Under the pieces are notes generated by a model. That model had not been told where the DNA came from. It worked only from the letters and a program-made list of their open reading frames with translations, and ran no database searches. A program made the translations under genes and the position numbers. A DNA stretch of 64,000 nucleotides from a virus. Shown in pieces: positions 9,455-19,104 of this stretch. The DNA is taken from IMG/VR virus record IMGVR_UViG_3300013101_001415. The stretch is one strand, 5' to 3'. Position 1 is the first letter of the stretch; every line of letters starts with the position of its first letter.

Positions 9455-9811
9455 ATGAGTGAACATTTTAGAAATTTTAATATAGAATTAGAAATGAACC
9501 CAAGTTTAAAATATGGGGATTATAGAGATTGGTTTATAATAGATCCTGATAAACCAAGCATACATGAAACTGAGATTCAATTCTTTATAAATGATAAATT
9601 TATCTATAAAGATATGATGCCTATAAATACTAAAAATATTAAATATGTTCTTAAATCTAGTGTTAAATATGAAATGTATGTCGAAAAATTTAAATGGGTA
9701 GTTCCAGAAATGGGATATGAAAAAGAAACTATATTTAAAAATCCTGCGCCAGTAACACATTTTGACACATTGACAATTGATGGTGAAATTAATTTTGAAT
9801 TAGGAGATTGA
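9455..9811 (+). CDS. hypothetical protein
   Basis: 118 aa ORF. Confidence 0.45.
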   Translation: MSEHFRNFNIELEMNPSLKYGDYRDWFIIDPDKPSIHETEIQFFINDKFIYKDMMPINTKNIKYVLKSSVKYEMYVEKFKWVVPEMGYEKETIFKNPAPVTHFDTLTIDGEINFELGD

Positions 9812-9815
9812 ACAA

Positions 9816-10940
9816 ATGCACCCAGCACAGATTTTAAGCTATTACCCTACCTATTCGATACTGGACGAGATAATATCATATAATAATTATGATACATTAA
9901 ATATTTATGTGGATTTAAAAAATTGTTTACAGTCCGTTTACATGGAACACACTATCGTAAATTTTATTGAATCTACAAAAATGAGTGGAAGATATGATAC
10001 ATCAGTATTTACATCTTTATTATCATTTATATCATTTCATAAAATATTTGCAGCTAAAAGAAACATTAAAATAAATTTTTATGTATTTTTTGAGAGTGGT
10101 ATATCATATTATCATAATAATATAAGCAAACAATATAAAATATCTAGACGTATAGATGATTTATATGGATTAGATGCAGTAGATAGAGAATTATTCTTTG
10201 AGGTTTTAAGACAAAATTATGGATTGATTGAAAAGGGTTTTAATAAAATACCAGATGTAAAGGTTATTAAGCTATTAAACCTTGAAGCTGATTTCGTACC
10301 ATATTATTTAATGACCAGAAACTATGTTAATAATTCACCTAACATAGCTAACATAACCTATTCAAATGACCATGACATGGCTCAAAATTTATCAGAACAC
10401 TCATATAACTTTATTAAAACTCCACAGGGTAAAACAATTGTTAAAAAAAATGAAGGAATGGAAAGACAAACCAAAAGAGCTTATGTTGGAGATGATGAAT
10501 ACCAACCATTAGCTATTGCTATTATTGGAGATCCTGGGGATGATGTGTATGGGATAAAAGGAATTGGTGGAGCTACATTTATTAAAATTTTACCTGAATT
10601 AAAAAAAATGGTTGGTACAATGGATGATTTAAATAATAATGTATTAAACAATAAACCAATCTTTAAAACATCTAACAAAATTGAGAACAAACATATAAAT
10701 AAAATAATAGATGCAGAAAATAAAAATAAATTAATTTCAAATAATCTAAAGTTAGTATCATTTGAAATATTATCGAGAGTTTTTGACGACCCTGACTCAA
10801 CAGAAATGTTGGGTAGAAAGAGAAGATTTGATAAAATATTAGAAACTAAAGAAATAACTGAAATAGAGAATATGCGAAAAGTTTTAGAAAAAGCAGGTAT
10901 AGAAATTTTAGGAGAAGACCTCGACATAATATATACTTAA
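9816..10940 (+). CDS. rnh: RNase H / 5'-3' flap endonuclease (T4 rnh-like, FEN family)
   Basis: GDPGDDVYGIKGIGGATFIKIL helix-3-turn-helix of 5'-3' exonucleases; acidic residue clusters upstream. Confidence 0.8.
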   Translation: MHPAQILSYYPTYSILDEIISYNNYDTLNIYVDLKNCLQSVYMEHTIVNFIESTKMSGRYDTSVFTSLLSFISFHKIFAAKRNIKINFYVFFESGISYYHNNISKQYKISRRIDDLYGLDAVDRELFFEVLRQNYGLIEKGFNKIPDVKVIKLLNLEADFVPYYLMTRNYVNNSPNIANITYSNDHDMAQNLSEHSYNFIKTPQGKTIVKKNEGMERQTKRAYVGDDEYQPLAIAIIGDPGDDVYGIKGIGGATFIKILPELKKMVGTMDDLNNNVLNNKPIFKTSNKIENKHINKIIDAENKNKLISNNLKLVSFEILSRVFDDPDSTEMLGRKRRFDKILETKEITEIENMRKVLEKAGIEILGEDLDIIYT

Positions 10941-10951
10941 AAGGAGGTATT

Positions 10952-11668
10952 ATGTTAAATCATTCAAGAGTCCTTGGTTATATTAAAGACCATCTTGGAT
11001 TTCCTCATGTTAATATTGAGCTAGATGATTCTCAAATTATACAGAGATTTGTAACTTATTCGCTTAGAGAATTTTCCGAATATATTCCTGATATTAAAAA
11101 AATACCATTGAATTTAAATGATTCTACATATAGAGTTCCTGGTATTAAAAATGAATTTTATATTAGAGATCCACAAAATATTGAAATTTTAAATGTTATT
11201 GATATTTATTTTGATGGAACTGATGAACTTCTTCATGGGTCACCAATATTCGGTCCTTTTAATCATTTTGAAATAAGAGAATGGGCTTTAGCTGAAAGTA
11301 TGGCGAAAGATACAAAAATGTTTAGTTCGTTTGATAAAACATTTGAATTCAGAACGCCAAATATAGTTAGAATATCTCCAGTACCAACCACAGGATCCAA
11401 ATGCACAATTGAATATGAACGTATGCAACCAGAAGATTTAAGAGGTATTCCTAATGAACATCAAATAATATTTTGTAAATTAGCATTAGCTGATATTATG
11501 ATTCAAATTGGACGTATAAGAAAAAAATATGGTGGACAAATAAGAACTCCATTTGGTGAAATTCCTTTAAATGATGAGGTTGGTGATGAGGGTAAAGAAT
11601 TAAAAAGAGAAGTGATTGAAAAAATGGAAAGATTGTATTTACCAAATGTTAGTATTGATTTTGGATAA
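10952..11668 (+). CDS. hypothetical protein
   Basis: 238 aa; RBS AAGGAGGT. Confidence 0.5.
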   Translation: MLNHSRVLGYIKDHLGFPHVNIELDDSQIIQRFVTYSLREFSEYIPDIKKIPLNLNDSTYRVPGIKNEFYIRDPQNIEILNVIDIYFDGTDELLHGSPIFGPFNHFEIREWALAESMAKDTKMFSSFDKTFEFRTPNIVRISPVPTTGSKCTIEYERMQPEDLRGIPNEHQIIFCKLALADIMIQIGRIRKKYGGQIRTPFGEIPLNDEVGDEGKELKREVIEKMERLYLPNVSIDFG

Positions 11669-11677
11669 GGAGTTATT

Positions 11678-11992
11678 ATGGATAAAAATTATATAAATAA
11701 ATATTTAACAGAGTTAATGTCAATCATTCCTAATAAAGACACTAAAGTTTCTAGTAAAAGAAAAGATATGGAAATTTTAAGAGCTGCTATTATTGCTGAA
11801 TATGATGCAATAAATTTATATGAACAGATGTCTGAAGCAGCAGTTGATAAAGATGTTAAACAAGTATTATTAAATGTAGCAAATGAAGAAAAAGAACATA
11901 TTGGCGAGTTTGAATATTTATTAGAAAAATTAGATATTGAACATGAACCGCATGAAGACAAAGGCGAAGAAGAAGTTAAAAAGGAATTATAA
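11678..11992 (+). CDS. ferritin-like four-helix-bundle protein (diiron-type ExxH motif)
   Basis: AEYDAINLYEQM and ANEEKEHIGEF motifs resemble rubrerythrin/ferritin-like metal ligands; low certainty. Confidence 0.4.
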   Translation: MDKNYINKYLTELMSIIPNKDTKVSSKRKDMEILRAAIIAEYDAINLYEQMSEAAVDKDVKQVLLNVANEEKEHIGEFEYLLEKLDIEHEPHEDKGEEEVKKEL

Positions 11993-12318
11993 TGGCTATA
12001 TGCTTACACTGTCAAAAAGAATATTATAAATGGGAAAATGATAAAGGAACTATGTTCCAAACATTCTGCTCAGAAGAGTGCGTAAAAAAACATACTATAG
12101 CACTCTTGAATCAAGATTGGCCAAGAGAACCAGCTTTAAAATATAAAGTTCCAGTTGGAGAAATAGCTTGTCCTCATTGTGGAGCTGTGCAACATGGTGT
12201 TTTAACTCCAATATGTGGTGGTTGTGATAGATCATATTGGTCAATGAAAGAGTGCGATGAAAAGAATAATCCACATTTTTATGAACAAGGAGAATCAAGT
12301 GAAACAAACAGAGATTGA
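11992..12318 (+). CDS. Zn-finger protein
   Basis: CLHCQ, CSEEC, CPHCG, CGGC pairs. Confidence 0.45.
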   Translation: MAICLHCQKEYYKWENDKGTMFQTFCSEECVKKHTIALLNQDWPREPALKYKVPVGEIACPHCGAVQHGVLTPICGGCDRSYWSMKECDEKNNPHFYEQGESSETNRD

Positions 12319-12517
12319 GAATAACTTTAAATATCATGCACCAACACCAAAACAAGTTGGAATATATGGACAATTAAGAAATAATGGAAAAGATTTAGTA
12401 GAGTATATAAATGCTGTATGCCCAGATAGTAGAGAGAAATCTATTGCTATTACTAAAATTGAAGAAGCTATTATGTGGGCTAATGCATCAATTGCAAGAG
12501 ATGATCAGTGGCTATAA
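12299..12517 (+). CDS. hypothetical protein (probable GTG start after AGGAG)
   Basis: ORF track frame 12257..12517; AACAAGGAGAATCAAGTG context supports GTG start at 12299. Confidence 0.4.
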   Translation: MKQTEIENNFKYHAPTPKQVGIYGQLRNNGKDLVEYINAVCPDSREKSIAITKIEEAIMWANASIARDDQWL

Positions 12518-12780
12518 AAGTAGTCCATTGTGAGAAACATGATTATGATATTTATATTGGTAGAGGTTCTAAATGGGGAAATCCTTTTATAATAGGAAAA
12601 GATGGAAATAGAACTGAAGTAATAAATAAATATAAAGATTATATATTAAATAATAAAAAATTATTAAGTTGCATCTCTGAATTAAAAAATAAAACCCTTG
12701 GATGTTATTGCAAACCAAAACCATGTCACGGAGATGTATTAATTCAAATCATTGAAAATAAAATAATACTTACAGTATAA
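12508..12780 (+). CDS. DUF4326-family protein
   Basis: YIGRGSKWGNPF ... LGCYCKPKPCHGDVL pattern characteristic of DUF4326. Confidence 0.6.
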   Translation: MAIKVVHCEKHDYDIYIGRGSKWGNPFIIGKDGNRTEVINKYKDYILNNKKLLSCISELKNKTLGCYCKPKPCHGDVLIQIIENKIILTV

Positions 12781-12793
12781 AGGGAATTACATA

Positions 12794-13330
12794 ATGGGTA
12801 AGAGAATATTTCCGGAAATTATAAAAAGTCAAAAATGGGAATCATTAGAAAAATTTTTTATAGGTATAGACCCAAGTTTAACAGGTAATGCTGTTGTTAT
12901 AATTAATGATTCTAAAGAAATAGTTAAAGAACATTTAGTAAGTACTGATAAAGAATGTTATATAGATGGATATCAAAGGGTAAATGATATATTTGAACAA
13001 TTAAAATATATATCAAGTGTGGTTAGGTTAGAAAAAGTATATGTTGAAGGTCTTTCTTATATGTCAGCGAGTCCAACATTATTTGAAAGATGTGGTTTAT
13101 TGTATATGATAGTAGGTAATTTATTAGAAAATGATATTAATTATTCAATTGTACCACCAACAACATTAAAAAAATGGCATACAACAGACGGACATGCTGA
13201 TAAAAAAATGATGATGCGTGTTGCTAAGTGTAAATATGATATAGACTTTGAAGATGATAATATATGTGACGCATATTGTTTAGCTTTATTAGCATTAGAA
13301 GATTATAAAAATAATGTTAAGAGGAATTAA
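12794..13330 (+). CDS. RuvC-like Holliday junction resolvase
   Basis: FIGIDPSLTGNAVV N-terminal catalytic Asp motif; YVEG; C-terminal DICDAYCLAL. Confidence 0.7.
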   Translation: MGKRIFPEIIKSQKWESLEKFFIGIDPSLTGNAVVIINDSKEIVKEHLVSTDKECYIDGYQRVNDIFEQLKYISSVVRLEKVYVEGLSYMSASPTLFERCGLLYMIVGNLLENDINYSIVPPTTLKKWHTTDGHADKKMMMRVAKCKYDIDFEDDNICDAYCLALLALEDYKNNVKRN

Positions 13331-13332
13331 AT

Positions 13333-13743
13333 ATGATTATATTAGATAATTACCTATATGGTTTGCAAGAAGGTAAGATTTGGGATAAGGTTAAAAAAGT
13401 TTGGAGAGACCATAAAGGAAAAATAATTGCAGGTGCGGCGGTAGCTGCAGGCGGTATAGCCTATGCTAATAGAAGTAAGGGTAATAAAAATGTATCGAAC
13501 ACAAGTTCTAGACAACAAAAGCCATCTAGAAGATCTCAGCTTATAGCAAGACAAAAAAACAAACTAAGGCAAAAAGGCGCTATAGCAAAAAGTAAATGTC
13601 CAGGCCAAAAAGCTTATTTTAGTATGGGTAAATTAGTGGGATGTGGTGAAGCTGGTAAATTAGCTGCTAACAAGATGAAAGATAGGTTTCTTGGTAAAAC
13701 ACCTAAATCTAAACAAAATATAAAAGACAACGAGGATTTTTAA
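13333..13743 (+). CDS. Lys/Ala-rich protein, paralog A (conserved N-terminal module plus Gly/Ala zipper)
   Basis: N-terminus LDNYLYGLQEGKIWDKVKKVWRDHKGKI nearly identical to ORF at 41329; basic C-terminus. Confidence 0.5.
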   Translation: MIILDNYLYGLQEGKIWDKVKKVWRDHKGKIIAGAAVAAGGIAYANRSKGNKNVSNTSSRQQKPSRRSQLIARQKNKLRQKGAIAKSKCPGQKAYFSMGKLVGCGEAGKLAANKMKDRFLGKTPKSKQNIKDNEDF

Positions 13744-13754
13744 AAGGTTAACCC

Positions 13755-14252
13755 ATGAAAAAAATAAGATTTGTAATACATAACCATAAAGCGAGACGTG
13801 CTGGATATCATCAAGATTTGCGATTTGAAGATCCTAATAAAAGCAATCACTGGCACTCATTTGCAGTTCCTAAAACAGTTCCTTTACATTCAGGTAAAAG
13901 AGTTTTAGCAATTAAGACTCATATTCATTCTGAAAAAGAAGCTTTGTTTAAAGGAGATATTCCTGCTGGAGAATATGGCGGTGGTAATATTGAATTATTT
14001 GACCAAGGTGTTGCTACATTAAATAAATTTACACCAGCTCATATTACTATAACTATGCAAGGAAGAAAAGTAAAAGGATTATATCATCTAATTTCACTTG
14101 GAAATGTTGATACAGGAAAATTCAAACAACAACAATATCTATTATTCAAATCCAAAGTTTCAATCACACATCCTTTAAGAATTACTAAGCCAGAAGAAAC
14201 ATTCTATCAAAAACAAATAGCAAAATTTAATAAAATTTTAAAGAAAAAATAA
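13755..14252 (+). CDS. LigD-type 3'-phosphoesterase (PE) domain protein
   Basis: RFVIHNHKARRAGYHQDLRFE, SFAVPK, GDIPAGEYGGGNIELFDQG, GRKVKGLYHLI match the LigD N-terminal phosphoesterase domain. Confidence 0.8.
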   Translation: MKKIRFVIHNHKARRAGYHQDLRFEDPNKSNHWHSFAVPKTVPLHSGKRVLAIKTHIHSEKEALFKGDIPAGEYGGGNIELFDQGVATLNKFTPAHITITMQGRKVKGLYHLISLGNVDTGKFKQQQYLLFKSKVSITHPLRITKPEETFYQKQIAKFNKILKKK

Positions 14253-14261
14253 CAAATTGGA

Positions 14262-14296
14262 AACAATCATAATACAAGATTGTTTCCAGTTTTTCC
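14262..14296 (+). terminator. rho-independent terminator-like hairpin
   Basis: GGAAACAATC-loop-GATTGTTTCC followed by AGTTTTT. Confidence 0.55.
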
Positions 14297-14353
14297 GTCT
14301 AGATGGAAACTAAAATTAAAAAATTTACCTTATTTTAGAAACAATTTCTAAAA

Positions 14354-14370
14354 TTTAGAACAAATTAATA
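14354..14370 (+). promoter_or_regulatory. promoter-like motif TTTAGAACAAATTAATA (variant of a motif repeated at 22378 and 32361)
   Basis: Shared TTTAGAACAAA core about 45-60 bp upstream of a start codon in three long intergenic gaps. Confidence 0.35.
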
Positions 14371-14414
14371 CTAAACATATACAAATACTATTTTATAAAA
14401 AGAGAGGAAGTTAT

Positions 14415-16139
14415 ATGAAATCAGTTATATTGGAAGGTAGTTCTCTTGAAGTTGCAACAAGTAGATATCTCATGAAGGGAGAAAATTGGGATATGTGTGC
14501 AAATCGAGTAGCAGATACAATGGCAGCATCAGAAACAAATAGAGTTAAATATAGAGAAGAATTCCATGAGATGATTGGTACTATGGATTTTTTACCTGGA
14601 GGTCGTATATTAAGAAATTCTGGTAGAACAAGAGGATCATTGTTTAATTGTTATCATTTACCAATTAATGATAATATAGAAGATATAGGTCAATTCTTAA
14701 AAGAGAGTTTAATACTATGGTCAGAGGGTGGAGGGGTAGGAGCAAATTTTTCCAAACTTAGACCAAAGGGAGATGTAATATTAGGTAAAGGTGGAACATC
14801 ATCTGGATTAGTTTCGTTTGTAGAAGCTGCTGATGCTGTTGCTGCAACTATTGAAAGTGGCGGCGCCAGACGAGCAGCTGGTTTAGTTCATGTTGATGTA
14901 AATCATCCAGAAGTTATGGATTTTATTGATGCAAAATTAGTTCATGGTAAAATATCACATTTTAATATATCCGTAGCAATTAATGATGAATTCATACAAG
15001 CAGTTGAAACTGATTCAGACTGGACATTTAAATTTAATCAAAAAGAATATGGTACAATAAAAGCAAAATCAATATGGGATAAGATAGTTGATAATATGAT
15101 TAAGTCTGCAGAACCAGGTTTAATTAATTGGACTAACTTTCAAAAAAATAATTCATGGTATTATGATCCAGTTTTAGGCACGAACCCTTGTGGGGAAACT
15201 TGTCTATCAGCTCGTGATGTATGTGATCTTGGATCTTTAGTATTACCAAATTTTATTACAGGTAATATTAATACAAATTGGAAAAAATTAGAAAAAACTA
15301 TTTTTCTAGCTGTTAGGTTTCTTGATGATGTAATTCAAAGTAATAAATATGTTATGAAAGAAATTGAAAATAAAGCTAATACATCAAGAAGAATTGGTAT
15401 TGGAGTATTAGGAGTAGCTGAATATTTATTTGCTAAAAAAGCAAGATATGGATCTGAAAAATCTATTCAAGAATTAGAAAGATTAATGCAATTTATTAGA
15501 AATAAATGCTATGAAGCTTCAGTTGAACTTGCAAGAGAAAAAGGATCATTTCCTGCATTTGATCCTGTCTTATATGGTAAGTCGTCTTTTATTAGAAAAT
15601 TACCAGCATCTATTAGAATGGACATTAAAAAATATGGAATAAGAAATGTAACATGTCAAGCAATAGCACCAACAGGTACAGTTAGTTTATTAACACCATA
15701 TACAGGATCTGCAGAACCATTATTTGCTAAAGCATATAAAAGAAAAGATAGAGTTAGTGAAAGAATATATGTTCACCCAATGTATGAAACTATGTTAAAA
15801 AATGAAGAAGAAATGCCTGATTGGTTTGTTGACACTTTTGATTTAAACCCACAAGATCATTTTAATATTCAAGCAGTAATACAAAGATATGTTGATAGTT
15901 CAGTATCAAAGACAATTAATTTACCAAAAGAAACTACAACAGAAGATTTAAGTCAATTATTATTAGAAAATATAACTGACTTAAAAGGGGTTACTGTATA
16001 TAGGGATGGTTGTAGAGGTGAACAACCATTAAATAAAATTACTAAAGAACAAGCTATAGAACACATTAGAAATAACATAGTTAAGAGATCACTTGAAACA
16101 GGAGATGTTCAATGTTCTAGCGGAAAGTGTGATATATGA
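14415..16139 (+). CDS. nrdJ: class II (adenosylcobalamin-dependent) ribonucleotide reductase, monomeric type
   Basis: Active-site NPCGETCL motif (class II signature); 574 aa; C-terminal Cys pair. Confidence 0.75.
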   Translation: MKSVILEGSSLEVATSRYLMKGENWDMCANRVADTMAASETNRVKYREEFHEMIGTMDFLPGGRILRNSGRTRGSLFNCYHLPINDNIEDIGQFLKESLILWSEGGGVGANFSKLRPKGDVILGKGGTSSGLVSFVEAADAVAATIESGGARRAAGLVHVDVNHPEVMDFIDAKLVHGKISHFNISVAINDEFIQAVETDSDWTFKFNQKEYGTIKAKSIWDKIVDNMIKSAEPGLINWTNFQKNNSWYYDPVLGTNPCGETCLSARDVCDLGSLVLPNFITGNINTNWKKLEKTIFLAVRFLDDVIQSNKYVMKEIENKANTSRRIGIGVLGVAEYLFAKKARYGSEKSIQELERLMQFIRNKCYEASVELAREKGSFPAFDPVLYGKSSFIRKLPASIRMDIKKYGIRNVTCQAIAPTGTVSLLTPYTGSAEPLFAKAYKRKDRVSERIYVHPMYETMLKNEEEMPDWFVDTFDLNPQDHFNIQAVIQRYVDSSVSKTINLPKETTTEDLSQLLLENITDLKGVTVYRDGCRGEQPLNKITKEQAIEHIRNNIVKRSLETGDVQCSSGKCDI

Positions 16140-17521
16140 TTTTAATATGCGGACCTTGTGTTATTGAAAATTTATCAAAATTACGAAAAGATGCAAAAGA
16201 AATAGTAGCAATTGTTAATAAGTATAACAACATTGATTTTTATTTTAAATCTTCTTGTATTAAAGATAATAGAACACGAATTCAAAACTATTCTGGTCCA
16301 GGTTTTAAATCAGGAATAAAAAGTTTAATTAAAATCAAAGAGGAATTTCATTGTAAAATAACTACTGATTTTCATACAGTTGAACAAATAGAAACATATG
16401 CAAAATATGTAGATTTGATTCAAATTCCAGCATTTTTAGCAATGCAAACTTCTCTTGCAAAAGCTGCATCTAAAACTGGAAAACCTATTCATATTAAAAA
16501 ACCACAATGGTTATCTTCTGGTGATGTTAAAAAACCTGTATCAAAAATTAAAAATTTAAATAAAGATACTAAGGTTTTTATAACAGATAGAGGAACTACA
16601 TTTGGATATGATAATGTTGTAATGGATCCTCGACATATTAGACATATGAATGAAACAAGTAATTGTGATGCTGTATTAGTTGATATTACCCACCCACAAA
16701 ATCATTCAAAAATATATAATAGAAGTTATGCTTTTGATTTAGGAATGTCATCAATTGCATCAGGAGCGAATGGTTTGTTTATTGAATCAACAATTGATCC
16801 TATGAATGCTAGTTGTGATGCAGATTCTCAAATACCTGTTAAAGATTTATTAAAATATATTAAAGGTTTTATAAATTTATATAATTATATAAATAGAACT
16901 TATACAAGCAATATTTATGAAATAAAAAAATTTATAAAATCTCTAGATGAGTGGGATGTATATAATCCTATTACTATAAATGGAGAATTATTGATAGATG
17001 GTAATAGAAGAAAGATGGAAAATCAACATATAAGAATAAATGCAATTGCAAATAATATAAAACCAAATAGTTCATATTTAGATATGGGTTGTAATTCCGG
17101 TTTTATTATTAAAGAATTAATAGAATTAAAAAATATAAAAGCAACAGGTGTTGATATAGAAGATGATATAATAAAATTATGTAAGTTAATAAATAAAATT
17201 GAGAATTTAAATATAAACTTTATTAAACAAGATATAAAAAAATTTATTATAGAGTGTAGAAAAAATAATATAAAGTTTGATAATGTATCAATGTTATCTA
17301 TTGGAGATTTTAATGAAACAGTACTTTTATTAGATTTTCTTTTAAGTATAACAAAATATAATTTATTTTTAGAACCAACAAACCATGAAGGAATGTCAAT
17401 TTCTGAATCAAAAGAAAAAATAAAAAAATTATTCCCTAAAAAATATAATATTGAAATATTAACAATTACAGATTATCAAAATAGATTTTTATTGAAAGTA
17501 CAAAATGCTAAATACAAATGA
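16136..17521 (+). CDS. kdsA: KDO-8-phosphate synthase (KdsA) fused to a C-terminal class I SAM-dependent methyltransferase domain
   Basis: ICGPCVIEN, FKSSCIKDNRTRIQNYSGPG, IQIPAFLAMQTSL, KPIHIKKPQW, DRGTTFGYDNVVMD, VDITHP, GLFIESTIDP align along E. coli KdsA; C-terminal YLDMGCNSGFII (MTase motif I), GVDIEDD. Confidence 0.8.
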   Translation: MILICGPCVIENLSKLRKDAKEIVAIVNKYNNIDFYFKSSCIKDNRTRIQNYSGPGFKSGIKSLIKIKEEFHCKITTDFHTVEQIETYAKYVDLIQIPAFLAMQTSLAKAASKTGKPIHIKKPQWLSSGDVKKPVSKIKNLNKDTKVFITDRGTTFGYDNVVMDPRHIRHMNETSNCDAVLVDITHPQNHSKIYNRSYAFDLGMSSIASGANGLFIESTIDPMNASCDADSQIPVKDLLKYIKGFINLYNYINRTYTSNIYEIKKFIKSLDEWDVYNPITINGELLIDGNRRKMENQHIRINAIANNIKPNSSYLDMGCNSGFIIKELIELKNIKATGVDIEDDIIKLCKLINKIENLNINFIKQDIKKFIIECRKNNIKFDNVSMLSIGDFNETVLLLDFLLSITKYNLFLEPTNHEGMSISESKEKIKKLFPKKYNIEILTITDYQNRFLLKVQNAKYK

Positions 17522-18416
17522 AGTAAGAATAGAAACATGTACAATATGTAATTATTTTTGTATATTTTGTCCTCATTCCACAAAATTTGTTCGTAAAAAA
17601 GAAGAAATGTCGTTAGAAAGATTTTGTTTGATTGTTGATAAAATTAAAAAGGAATTACCTAACATAACCAATATTACAATTTCTGGTTTTGGTGAAGCAT
17701 TTGTAGACTGGCAAATATTAGAAAAAATAAAATATGCAAAAGAATGTGGATTTAAAATTCATATATTATCTAATGGTTATTATTTACCTTACCCAAGAGT
17801 AGATTTTTTAAATGAGGTGGGTGTTGAAGATATAAGAATTAGTTTACATTCAGTTTTATATAAACCATATCATATAATAACTAAAGCTCCTTTATACCAA
17901 TTTAGACAAGTGTTATGGAATATTGATTATATTATCAATGAAACAAATATAAATTTAATATTAACATTTGATATTATACCTGGAATTAATGATGACCAAA
18001 TTGATTTAATTAAAGAAAAATATGATGATTATGCAACAATTGAAATGTGGAAACCTCATAATTGGGTAGATGCTTTTAAATTTAGAAAAGGTGATATAGT
18101 AAAATCAACTTGCGGAAGACCTTGGAATAGTCCATATCAAATACAAGTTGATGGCACAGTTAATATGTGTTGTTTTGATTATAATGGAAAATTGTTATTA
18201 GGGAATTTTTTAAATCATACTATGGAAGATATATTTAATGATAAACCTTTTTTAGATTTAAAAAAACATCATGAGAATAATACATTAAATCAAACTAATT
18301 ATATATGTAAAAATTGCGATCAAAGAAAAGATCAAAATGATATTGTTATTTATAACAATAAATTTAAAAGTAAGGAAAGAATAAATAGGACTTCTACTAA
18401 TTATGAAAAAATCTAA
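17505..18416 (+). CDS. radical SAM enzyme with SPASM-like C-terminal Cys cluster
   Basis: CNYFCIFC (CxxxCxxC) near N-terminus; C-terminal CGRPW, CCFD, CKNCD cysteines. Confidence 0.7.
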   Translation: MLNTNEVRIETCTICNYFCIFCPHSTKFVRKKEEMSLERFCLIVDKIKKELPNITNITISGFGEAFVDWQILEKIKYAKECGFKIHILSNGYYLPYPRVDFLNEVGVEDIRISLHSVLYKPYHIITKAPLYQFRQVLWNIDYIINETNINLILTFDIIPGINDDQIDLIKEKYDDYATIEMWKPHNWVDAFKFRKGDIVKSTCGRPWNSPYQIQVDGTVNMCCFDYNGKLLLGNFLNHTMEDIFNDKPFLDLKKHHENNTLNQTNYICKNCDQRKDQNDIVIYNNKFKSKERINRTSTNYEKI

Positions 18417-19104
18417 TCAAAAAGTTGTTATTTTACATGGTAGTTTTAATTCTGGTAAAACAATAGTTTATAATTTATTTAAAAAAGAAAATAATTATAA
18501 ATGGATAGATATATCCCCAGATCATTTAAAAGATAATAAGGACGAAATAGAATATCAAATTGGTAAAAAATGGTTAAATAAAATAACACCTGATATTGAA
18601 TCATTAGAGATATTTAAAGGTAATTATTTTTTAAATTTGTTTAATTTGTTATTAAAAGAATTTCCTAATTATAATTTTGTTGTAAAACCAGGTGGGTTTG
18701 ACTGGGTTTTAAATAATAAGTTACCACCTAATATATTTTATAATATTTTTATTATTAGACATCCTAAAATTTGCTGGATGGTAAACACCACACATTTTTC
18801 AATAGATGAATTTATTAAAATGTATAAAAAAATATTAATTGGGGTATTTAAAGAAAAAAGTAATGTTATTAAAATTGAAGAGATTGGTAAAAATAAATTA
18901 ATGAACCAATTAATTAAACGAACTGATTTAAAACAAATTAAACCAATTACAAAATTTGATGAATTTTTATTAAAAAAAATTAATTTAGAAACAATTAATG
19001 ATGAATTAGAACAAATTGATGATAAATTAAAAGACTTAATAAAATATTTAGAGTATGATTTAGATACTATAGATATAAATTTAATATTAAAAAGGAATAC
19101 TTAA
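18403..19104 (+). CDS. P-loop kinase-like protein
   Basis: Walker A ILHGSFNSGKT at N-terminus. Confidence 0.5.
   Translation: MKKSNQKVVILHGSFNSGKTIVYNLFKKENNYKWIDISPDHLKDNKDEIEYQIGKKWLNKITPDIESLEIFKGNYFLNLFNLLLKEFPNYNFVVKPGGFDWVLNNKLPPNIFYNIFIIRHPKICWMVNTTHFSIDEFIKMYKKILIGVFKEKSNVIKIEEIGKNKLMNQLIKRTDLKQIKPITKFDEFLLKKINLETINDELEQIDDKLKDLIKYLEYDLDTIDINLILKRNT

Noticed and set aside
11678-11992. Calling 11678-11992 a bona fide rubrerythrin or ferritin
   Set aside because: Only one clear ExxH-type motif plus a Glu-containing first helix is visible in 104 aa. The evidence is too thin for more than a ferritin-like four-helix-bundle suggestion.
16136-16900. Alternative call of the KdsA-like domain as DAHP synthase (AroG family)
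   Set aside because: The alignment follows KdsA-specific blocks (KANRSS-like KDNRTR, QIPAFLxRQT, KKPQ(F/W), FGYDN, DxTH, GLFIE) and the short length of KDO8P synthases. The downstream KdsB-type cytidylyltransferase supports an ulosonic-acid rather than an aromatic pathway.
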